Shown in pieces: positions 1 through 4,814 of a DNA stretch of 5,665 nt (position 1 is its first letter; each line of letters begins with the position of its first letter). The stretch comes from a virus, in IMG/VR virus record IMGVR_UViG_3300045988_004551, positions 1 through 5,665 of that record; one strand, given 5' to 3'. The notes below the pieces were generated by a model, which was not told where the DNA came from, searched no databases, and worked only from the letters and a program-made list of their open reading frames with translations. Both the position numbers and the translations under genes were made by a program.

Positions 1-99
1 AAGTAACTTCAGGGAAACCGCAACAGCAAAGGCCACCGAAGCCGGAGAGACCGTGAGGCGCACATACCTCTGGGAACTCAACGAGAAAGGCGAAAAGGT
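1..99. repeat. Terminal redundancy, left copy, identical to 5567-5665. Signature of a circular genome linearised with an assembly overlap.
   Basis: Base-by-base comparison shows 1-99 identical to 5567-5665 (99/99). This implies a 5,566-nt circle. Confidence 0.95.
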
Positions 100-463
100 G
101 CTGACGCTTGAACAGGTCATCGACCAGCAGGCGGAAATCGACAGCTATATGGAAGAGACCAAGCTGGAAAACATCATCCGGAGGGCATCCATCGACCCTG
201 ACCTTGCGGCCAGACTGATGCCGGACATGGGTGGCGGACTTCAGGATGCAACCAATATGCCGGAGAATCTGATGGAGCTTCAGAACATCATGCTGCAGGC
301 CGAGCAAATCTGGAATAAAATCCCAAAAGAAATAAAGCTCAAGTTTGACAATGACGTCGATAAATTCGTGGCAAGCTTCGGAACTATCGACTGGGCAAAA
401 AATCTGGGCATTTATCAAGAAAATCCGCCTGAAGAGCCTAAAAAGGAGGAAGCCACTGAATGA
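1..463 (+). CDS. VP3: Internal scaffolding protein VP3, 3' portion. The gene crosses the window break: true start ATG 5550, and the full gene on the circle is 5550..5566 plus 1..463 (159 aa).
   Basis: The frame is open from base 2 to TGA 461-463. On the circle the same frame starts at ATG 5550, preceded by AAGGAGA (5534-5540). The C-terminal half reads ...QAEQIWNKIPKEIKLKFDNDVDKFVASF..., matching the remembered gokushovirus VP3 pattern F..LP..IR..F.NDP..F. The N-terminus MAYRS... and the ...KLENIIRRA... segment also look VP3-like. The stop overlaps the VP1 start (ATGA at 460-463). An alternative start, GTG 53 with GGAGA at 44-48, would give 136 aa. Confidence 0.8.
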   Translation, partial: SNFRETATAKATEAGETVRRTYLWELNEKGEKVLTLEQVIDQQAEIDSYMEETKLENIIRRASIDPDLAARLMPDMGGGLQDATNMPENLMELQNIMLQAEQIWNKIPKEIKLKFDNDVDKFVASFGTIDWAKNLGIYQENPPEEPKKEEATE

Positions 464-2124
464 ACAGAAACAAAGACGCAGGGTTTAACCAGGTCCCGAG
501 ACTGGACATTACAAGAAGTCGCTTCAAACGACCACAGGACGTCAAGCTAACAATGAACGCGGGCCAACTCATTCCGTTCTATGTGGACGAAGTGCTCCCG
601 GGCGACACCTTCAGCATCGACCAAGCAGCAATTATCCGTATGACAACGCCTATCTTCCCGGTTATGGACAACTGCCACATGGATATTTACTACTTCAACG
701 TACCGTGCCGTATCATCTGGGACCATTTCAAACGATTTATGGGCGAAAACGATGCCGGGCCGTGGGCGCAGACTCAGGAATACACCATCCCACAGATCAA
801 AGTAACTGGCACAGCTGACAAACCAGCACCGTACGAAGGAAGCATCATGGACTACATGGGCATTCCTACCAAGGTGAGCAAAGGAGCTGATAGTGAATTC
901 AGCATTAATGCGCTGCCATTCAGAGCCTACGCTATGATTTGGCAGGAGTGGTTCCGAGACCAAAACGTGGACAATCCGGCCATCAACAGCACCGCAGACG
1001 CAACCGTAAACTATACGGACGATGAAACCAAGGGCATGGACGCGGAAACGCCGGATTTAGAGTACATTCTTCAAAACGCATACACCGGAGGCAGACCGCT
1101 GCCGGTGAATAAGTACCACGACTACTTCACATCGGCTTTGCCGAATCCTCAGAAAGCGGGAGAACCGGTAAAAGTCCCACTGAGCGGTACAGCCGACATA
1201 TCAGTATACGAAGACAGAGATTTAACGAAACTGGCAAACCTGAATGGAAACTACAGCTGGCCAGGCCCAATGTCGTACCAATACGACAGCAAATACAATG
1301 GAAGATCTATAAGCATGGCATCGGGAGATAACATGCACTTCCTGGGCGCAAACCTGGGAGAAGCATCGGCAACAACCATCAATCAGCTGCGGCAGGCATT
1401 CCAGGTACAGAAGTACTATGAACAGCTGTCACGAGGCGGCAGCCGCTACCGCGAGATGATTTATTCGCTATTTCACACCAGAATCAGCGATAAGACAGTA
1501 CAAATTCCCGAGTATCTGGGTGGCAAGCGCATTACAATCAACATGAGTCAGGTTATCCAGACCAGTGGAACGACACAGGAAAGTCCGCAGGGCAACGCAG
1601 CGGCAATAAGCGTTACGCCATTCAATGGCAGCATGTTCACGAAAAGCTTCGAAGAGCACGGCTATGTTATCGGCGTGTGCTGCATCCGGCATGACCATAC
1701 CTACCAGCAGGGCTTGGAGCGCATGTGGAGCCGCAAGACTAATCTGGACTTCTATTATCCTGTCTTCGCAAATCTGGGCGAGCAGGCAGTTCTGAAGAAG
1801 GAGCTGTATCTCACTGGCACGGAAACTGATGAGCAGGCATTCGGCTATCAGGAAGCATGGGCAGAGTACAGAATGAAGCCAAACCGTATCAGCGGCAAGT
1901 TCCGTTCGAATGCAACGGGGACGTTGGACAGCTGGCACTACGGCGACAACTACAAGGAAACTCCCAGCTTAAGCCAGGCATGGATGAAGGAAGGAGACTC
2001 CGAAATCCAGAGGACTCTGGCCGTGGACAACGAGCCTCAGTTTATCATGGATACCGTCATCTACAATACATCTGTGAGACCTATGCCTATGTACAGCATT
2101 CCGGGCCTCGTAGACCATCACTAA
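460..2124 (+). CDS. VP1: Major capsid protein VP1 (Microviridae F/VP1 jelly-roll capsid family), 554 aa
   Basis: This is the longest ORF. AGGAGG at 444-449 lies 10 nt upstream of ATG 460. The ATGA overlap with the VP3 stop suggests translational coupling. The N-terminal region [14 protein letters not shown]..(8)..[23 protein letters not shown] is the characteristic Microviridae major capsid N-terminal signature. Size is typical of gokushovirus VP1. Confidence 0.95.
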   Translation: MNRNKDAGFNQVPRLDITRSRFKRPQDVKLTMNAGQLIPFYVDEVLPGDTFSIDQAAIIRMTTPIFPVMDNCHMDIYYFNVPCRIIWDHFKRFMGENDAGPWAQTQEYTIPQIKVTGTADKPAPYEGSIMDYMGIPTKVSKGADSEFSINALPFRAYAMIWQEWFRDQNVDNPAINSTADATVNYTDDETKGMDAETPDLEYILQNAYTGGRPLPVNKYHDYFTSALPNPQKAGEPVKVPLSGTADISVYEDRDLTKLANLNGNYSWPGPMSYQYDSKYNGRSISMASGDNMHFLGANLGEASATTINQLRQAFQVQKYYEQLSRGGSRYREMIYSLFHTRISDKTVQIPEYLGGKRITINMSQVIQTSGTTQESPQGNAAAISVTPFNGSMFTKSFEEHGYVIGVCCIRHDHTYQQGLERMWSRKTNLDFYYPVFANLGEQAVLKKELYLTGTETDEQAFGYQEAWAEYRMKPNRISGKFRSNATGTLDSWHYGDNYKETPSLSQAWMKEGDSEIQRTLAVDNEPQFIMDTVIYNTSVRPMPMYSIPGLVDHH

Positions 2125-2134
2125 GAAAGGGGGA

Positions 2135-2165
2135 AGCCCGGGGCAAAACCCCGGGCTATTTTATT
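2135..2165 (+). terminator. Intergenic GC hairpin plus U-rich tail between VP1 and VP2. Candidate partial intrinsic terminator/attenuator.
   Basis: AGCCCGGGG (2135-2143) pairs perfectly with CCCCGGGCT (2149-2157) around loop CAAAA. It is followed by ATTTTATT. It sits directly after the VP1 stop (2122-2124). Confidence 0.6.
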
Positions 2166-2972
2166 ATGGCGTTAGCAGCAATCGGCAGCGCACTACTCGG
2201 AATCGGCAAACAACTACTCCCAACAATCGCCGGAGGACTCATAAACAAGTTCCTGGGTGGAAACCTAATGGAAAGCAATGGAGGGAGCAGTCAGCACAAC
2301 GAAAGCTCGAGCCAAGGAGGCGGATACAGCAGCGCCGCCAGCGGCGTAAACCGAGAACAGAACCTGCAAGACTGGAACAGTATGCTAGGGGCAATTCAAA
2401 GCAATATGCAAAGCCAGCAGAAGTTTAACCGTAAAAGCATGTTCGAGCAAATGGGCTATAACACCATGGCGGCAATCACTCAGGGTGTGTATAACCAGAT
2501 AAGCAACAACGCAGCAATGGCCTACAACAGCGCAGAAGCAGCCAAAAACAGAGCTTGGCAAGAACAAATGAGCAGCACAGCTTATCAGCGAGCCGTGGAA
2601 GATATGCGAAAAGCAGGCATCAACCCTATCTTAGCATACCAACAGGGCGGAGCAAGCACTCCAGGAGGCGCACAAGCCACTATCAGCGGAGCAAGCATGG
2701 GACTCGCAAGCAGCAGTGCGGCGACAGCAAGCGCTCTCGGAGTAAGCCAGAACCACAACAACACATGGAGCAAAAGCGAAAGCAACTGGTACAACGCAGC
2801 ACAAGCAGTTGGAGACGCCACAAGCTGGTCACACACAAGCGCAGACAAAGCGTTAAAGGCGTTCGAAAACGTTCTGGGCCAGCTGGGAAACCTCACAAAC
2901 GACAATCCCAAAGGCAGTTCAACGAAAGACAAAGACGGCTTTGGAGGAAGCAAAGGAGGCAAATTCAAATAA
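2166..2972 (+). CDS. VP2: DNA pilot / minor capsid protein VP2, 268 aa
   Basis: ATG 2166 is the first start codon in frame after the VP1 stop; the track ORF 1857-2972 is an upstream open extension. The N-terminus is Gly/Ala/Leu-rich ([25 protein letters not shown]). A conserved pilot-protein block [21 protein letters not shown] is at 2577-2639. The C-terminal half is low-complexity and Ser/Ala/Gly/Asn-rich. An alternative internal start is ATG 2268, with GGTGGA at 2256-2261. Confidence 0.85.
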   Translation: MALAAIGSALLGIGKQLLPTIAGGLINKFLGGNLMESNGGSSQHNESSSQGGGYSSAASGVNREQNLQDWNSMLGAIQSNMQSQQKFNRKSMFEQMGYNTMAAITQGVYNQISNNAAMAYNSAEAAKNRAWQEQMSSTAYQRAVEDMRKAGINPILAYQQGGASTPGGAQATISGASMGLASSSAATASALGVSQNHNNTWSKSESNWYNAAQAVGDATSWSHTSADKALKAFENVLGQLGNLTNDNPKGSSTKDKDGFGGSKGGKFK

Positions 2973-3992
2973 ATGGGATGCAATAAACCGCTAATCCGGT
3001 TTTATGTACCTCATGACAGAGAAGCGAGTGGGCGAGTGTACTCACTCGCTTCTTTTAACGAGATACACAAGACCAAAATGACATACGAAGACCTGATGTA
3101 TCGCAAAGATGTAATGATGATACCATGCGGACAATGCACAGGATGCAAACTACGCAAACGCAAAGACTGGGCCACACGAATGGAGCTGGAAGCATACAGC
3201 CACGAAAAGGAAAGCATCTGGTTTATCACACTAACCTATGATGACGACCATGTACCAACACAAGACACAGAAACAGGGGAAATCTTCAAGGGAGGCATAA
3301 ACGTCTGGAAAGGCACCTCAGAGCGTCCCAGAACGGTGCAAACTTTAAGCGTGGAGGATGTCCAACTATTCATGAAAAGGCTTAGAAAGGCCGTCAGCGG
3401 GCCTCTCAGGTACTTTCTAGCCGGAGAGTATGGAGACAACACCTCAAGACCGCACTATCACATGATACTATACGGATGGAATCCAGACGACTTAAAACCA
3501 ATTCACAAACTGTCAAGATTTGGACACTACACGAGCAATAAGCTGGTCAGAATCTGGGGACAAGGCACGGTCGATATAGCTCAAGCAACACCAGAAACAT
3601 ATAACTATGTAGCTGGATACGTGACCAAGAAACTATACGGAAACGACAAGGACAGGTATAAAAAAATGGGACTCATACCTCCATTCTGCGTGATGAGCCG
3701 AAAGCCAGGACTCGGGGACGAATGGTTTCAAAAGAATCAAGAAAGGCTATGGCAGCTTGGATACATCCAGCTGACAAACGGCAAGAGAGCAGCCATTCCA
3801 GAATATTATTGGCGAAAGCTGGAAGCTGAAAATCCTGAAAAAGCGTGGAGAATCAAGCGGTATCGACAAGAAAAAGCCATTGCGTCCCTAATCGAAAGAA
3901 ACATGGAAACTGACAAACAGTATGCCGAACAACTGGCCGATAAAGAAGCAGTCATGAAGAAGAAGATGTCCAAAGCAAAGGGCGTTTTTTAG
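2973..3992 (+). CDS. VP4: Replication initiation protein VP4 (HUH rolling-circle endonuclease, phiX174 gpA-like), 339 aa
   Basis: ATG 2973 abuts the VP2 stop (TAAATG), with AGGAGG at 2954-2959. RCR motifs are readable in the translation: motif 1 FITLTY (3222-3239), HUH motif 2 HYHMILY (3453-3473), and two-tyrosine motif 3 YVAGYVTKK (3606-3632). A Cys cluster PCGQCTGC lies at 3123-3146. Confidence 0.93.
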   Translation: MGCNKPLIRFYVPHDREASGRVYSLASFNEIHKTKMTYEDLMYRKDVMMIPCGQCTGCKLRKRKDWATRMELEAYSHEKESIWFITLTYDDDHVPTQDTETGEIFKGGINVWKGTSERPRTVQTLSVEDVQLFMKRLRKAVSGPLRYFLAGEYGDNTSRPHYHMILYGWNPDDLKPIHKLSRFGHYTSNKLVRIWGQGTVDIAQATPETYNYVAGYVTKKLYGNDKDRYKKMGLIPPFCVMSRKPGLGDEWFQKNQERLWQLGYIQLTNGKRAAIPEYYWRKLEAENPEKAWRIKRYRQEKAIASLIERNMETDKQYAEQLADKEAVMKKKMSKAKGVF

Positions 3993-4001
3993 CTCTGGTG
4001 T

Positions 4002-4059
4002 CACTCAGCCAAGTAACTATCAAGTATATATACTTGGCTGAGTGTTTTTTAGTTTTTTT
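4002..4059 (+). terminator. Strong stem-loop followed by T runs, immediately after VP4. Rho-independent terminator of the main transcription unit; a possible additional origin role is hypothetical.
   Basis: CACTCAGCCAAGTA (4002-4015) pairs perfectly (14 bp) with TACTTGGCTGAGTG (4031-4044). The loop is 15 nt (ACTATCAAGTATATA). It is followed by T6 (4045-4050) and T7 (4053-4059). Confidence 0.8.
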
Positions 4060-4063
4060 ATCA

Positions 4064-4104
4064 GCGCGCGCGCACGCGCACGTAATCGCGCACGTACACG
4101 CACG
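4064..4104. repeat. Alternating purine-pyrimidine CG/CA tract (Z-DNA-prone) containing a direct repeat of CGCGCACGTA
   Basis: GCGCGCGCGCACGCGCACGTA (4064-4084) is 21 nt of perfect Pu/Py alternation. CGCGCACGTACACGCACG (4087-4104) is 18 nt more. CGCGCACGTA occurs at 4075-4084 and 4087-4096. The tract is flanked by T-rich and AT-rich DNA. Confidence 0.85.
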
Positions 4105-4150
4105 ATTTTTATTATATTATTATTTACTTGTTGTAGTCGTAGTAGTAGGG
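4105..4150. repeat. Near-pure AT tract with TTA microrepeats, followed by GTA trinucleotide repeats. Candidate easily melted element.
   Basis: 4105-4132 (ATTTTTATTATATTATTATTTACTTGTT) has only 2 G/C in 28 nt. 4133-4147 reads GTA GTC GTA GTA GTA. Confidence 0.7.
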
Positions 4151-4199
4151 AGTGTTGAAATGTTGAATACTATGAATTTTTATCCGTGGAACGATATTT

Positions 4200-4208
4200 T
4201 GTGGTTAA
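4200..4208 (-). promoter_or_regulatory. DnaA-box-like 9-mer (TTAACCACA on the - strand, 1 mismatch to TTATCCACA)
   Basis: The + strand reads TGTGGTTAA, preceded by TTT. It is part of a repeated TTTTGTGG-WWAA unit. Confidence 0.45.
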
Positions 4209-4226
4209 TTTTGATGTTGATACTTT

Positions 4227-4235
4227 TGTGGATAA
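4227..4235 (-). promoter_or_regulatory. Perfect consensus DnaA box (TTATCCACA on the - strand)
   Basis: The + strand reads TGTGGATAA, the exact reverse complement of TTATCCACA. Confidence 0.6.
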
Positions 4236-4261
4236 CTTGTTGAATTGTTGAAAGTGTAGCA

Positions 4262-4270
4262 ATATGCACA
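4262..4270 (+). promoter_or_regulatory. DnaA-box-like 9-mer (ATATGCACA, 1 mismatch to TTATNCACA) overlapping the left arm of a hairpin
   Basis: Read directly. Its orientation is opposite to the other three boxes. Positions 4265-4270 lie in the hairpin stem 4265-4284. Confidence 0.35.
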
Positions 4271-4284
4271 AAACCATTTGTGCA
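4265..4284. other. Perfect 8-bp hairpin TGCACAAA-ACCA-TTTGTGCA
   Basis: 4265-4272 is the exact reverse complement of 4277-4284, with a 4-nt loop ACCA. Confidence 0.8.
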
Positions 4285-4290
4285 ACTTTT

Positions 4291-4299
4291 TGTGGAAAA
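4291..4299 (-). promoter_or_regulatory. DnaA-box-like 9-mer (TTTTCCACA on the - strand; fits the relaxed TTWTNCACA)
   Basis: The + strand reads TGTGGAAAA, preceded by TTTT, and lies immediately upstream of the triple TGTTGAAAG repeat. Confidence 0.45.
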
Positions 4300-4337
4300 C
4301 CTGTTGAAAGTGTTGAAAGTGTTGAAAATGTAATTAG

Positions 4338-4410
4338 AGGCAGCTCGGCAGCTGGCCGAAAGGTTACGTCATGCTCTTCGTACGGCGCACCGCGCCTAGC
4401 GCATGACCTT
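4338..4410. other. GC-rich multi-hairpin island in an otherwise AT-rich spacer. Candidate ssDNA structural element (complementary-strand origin?) or small structured RNA.
   Basis: Hairpin 1 is CAGCT-CGGC-AGCTG (4341-4354). A GAAA tetraloop mini-stem is GCC-GAAA-GGT (4355-4364). An outer 7-bp stem GTCATGC (4368-4374) / GCATGAC (4401-4407) encloses the inner hairpin GGCGC-ACC-GCGCC (4384-4396) and the CGTACG palindrome (4379-4384). Confidence 0.6.
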
Positions 4411-4430
4411 CAATGCAAAATTCTTCTAAC

Positions 4431-4475
4431 TTTTTTTAAAAAAATCTTGACTTTTTTCTAAAAATATGGTACAAT
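4431..4475 (+). promoter_or_regulatory. Promoter P1: T7A7 UP-like tract, -35 TTGACT, 17-nt spacer, extended -10 TGgTACAAT
   Basis: TTGACT is at 4447-4452 and TACAAT at 4470-4475, with an exact 17-nt spacer. TG lies at 4467-4468. TTTTTTTAAAAAAA is at 4431-4444. The first downstream gene starts at 4504. Confidence 0.75.
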
Positions 4476-4503
4476 AAAATCACAGAAAGGAAAGGTGAAC
4501 ACC

Positions 4504-4689
4504 ATGCTGCACTTCTATGAAATCCGAAAACTTGACAAGAACGGTGAACCACACATCGTCCGAAAGCTCACAACAGAGCCAAAGATAGCAAAACAGGAGT
4601 TAAAAAAATACGCAGAAGAGAATCCGGGAGTTTATTCACTGTATCAAATTCACCAAGTAGCAGCATATTTTACGATAAAGGAGGATTGA
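4504..4689 (+). CDS. Hypothetical small protein, 61 aa (orphan; first gene after promoter P1)
   Basis: ATG 4504 is preceded by AAAGGTGA (4491-4498) at good spacing; the track's GTG 4495 lies inside the SD and is unlikely. The product is MLHFYEIRKLDKNGEPHIVRKLTTEPKIAKQELKKYAEENPGVYSLYQIHQVAAYFTIKED. I recognise no family. Confidence 0.6.
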   Translation: MLHFYEIRKLDKNGEPHIVRKLTTEPKIAKQELKKYAEENPGVYSLYQIHQVAAYFTIKED

Positions 4690-4714
4690 AAAAAAACCTC
4701 TTTTTTGATATAAT
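4686..4714 (+). promoter_or_regulatory. Promoter P2: -35 TTGAAA, 17-nt spacer, extended -10 TGaTATAAT
   Basis: TTGAAA is at 4686-4691 and overlaps the TGA stop (4687-4689) of the 61-aa ORF. TATAAT is at 4709-4714, TG at 4706-4707, and the spacer is exactly 17 nt. Confidence 0.7.
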
Positions 4715-4814
4715 GAAAATAATCAAACAGCACGAAAGTGTTCTTCTCAAATCCATTTATACAAAAATAACTTTACGAAAGAGGTGAATTGCCCTGACTC
4801 TCCAAGAAATCAAA

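Larger units (their letters stand above)
4153..4328 (+). repeat. Iteron array: 7 exact TGTTGAA plus 1 TGTTGAT, all in the same orientation, including a 3x tandem 9-mer TGTTGAAAG
   Basis: Copies are at 4153, 4161, 4215 (TGTTGAT), 4238, 4246, 4302, 4311 and 4320. The last three form TGTTGAAAG TGTTGAAAG TGTTGAAAA (4302-4328). I did not notice further copies elsewhere in the genome. Confidence 0.85.

Noticed and set aside
547-963. 138-aa ORF on the - strand inside VP1. The same applies to the - strand ORFs at 1468-1938, 3011-3229, 3236-3442, 4810-5142, 5155-5361 and 5318-5647.
   Set aside because: All lie antisense to well-supported + strand genes. They have no SD or promoter signals and odd Cys/His/Arg-rich compositions typical of antisense frames. 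Microviridae express only one strand.
1857-2165. Upstream part of track ORF 1857-2972, which would add 103 aa to VP2 and overlap the VP1 3' end
   Set aside because: This stretch runs through the VP1 stop and the intergenic GC hairpin and translates to an Arg/Gly-rich sequence unlike VP2. The VP2-like Gly/Ala/Leu-rich N-terminus begins at ATG 2166.
2555-2986. 143-aa very basic + strand ORF overprinted on the VP2 3' half (TTG start; internal ATG at 2765), and its - strand counterpart 2585-2983
   Set aside because: The VP2 3' half is low-complexity GCA/AGC/CAA/AAC-rich sequence with few stop codons in any frame, so long alternative frames are expected by composition. There is no SD at either candidate start. 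Given phiX174-style overprinting this is not impossible, and ribosome profiling would settle it.
4005-4021. CTCAG..AAGTAACT shared between the terminator stem (4005-4018) and the ORF5-like/VP3 junction (5561-5574, at the circle junction)
   Set aside because: An 8-mer shared once within a 5.6-kb genome is expected by chance many times over. The coincidence with the window break reflects only an arbitrary assembly start.
3998-4243. 81-aa ORF (GTG start) across the terminator hairpin, CG/CA tract and iterons. It includes a nested 27-aa hydrophobic ORF (ATG 4160-4243, MLNTMNFYPWNDILWLILMLILLWITC) with GGGAG at 4148-4152.
   Set aside because: The frame is a by-product of repeats: (GCG/CAC)n gives AHAH, (GTA)n gives VVVV, and TTG/TGG-rich boxes give L/W. 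It lies between the terminator and the promoter with no promoter of its own. The nested peptide has a passable SD, so it is only weakly rejected.
4302-4328. Tandem TGTTGAAAG repeats superficially reminiscent of CRISPR repeat termini (GTTGAAAG-type)
   Set aside because: The period is 9 nt with no spacers. Repeats are far shorter than CRISPR repeats (about 24-37 nt or longer), and no cas context is possible in a 5.6-kb phage.
4338-4410. Possible tRNA in the GC-rich structured island
   Set aside because: I could not draw a cloverleaf. There is no T-loop GTTCRANYC-like motif, no acceptor stem pairing of the ends, and hairpin sizes do not match D/anticodon/T arms.
4264-4461. 65-aa ORF spanning the hairpin, triple 9-mer repeat (VESVESVEN), GC-rich island and promoter P1
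   Set aside because: It has no SD. Its sequence is dictated by the tandem repeats and structural elements, and it ends inside the promoter it would need.
4701-4725. TTGATATAAT... resembles the phiX174 origin core CAACTTGATATTAATAAC as I recall it
   Set aside because: Only a ~7-nt exact match (TTGATAT) in AT-rich DNA that is fully explained as an extended -10 promoter element. This is not statistically meaningful. Worth revisiting only if VP4 nicking assays point here.
4731-4744. Small AGCAC-GAAA-GTGTT tetraloop hairpin, and the repeated ACGAAAG motif (4734 and 4775) in the P2 leader
   Set aside because: The stem is too short (5 bp including a wobble pair) and the motif too short to separate from chance. 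No downstream U-run or obvious riboswitch-like architecture.
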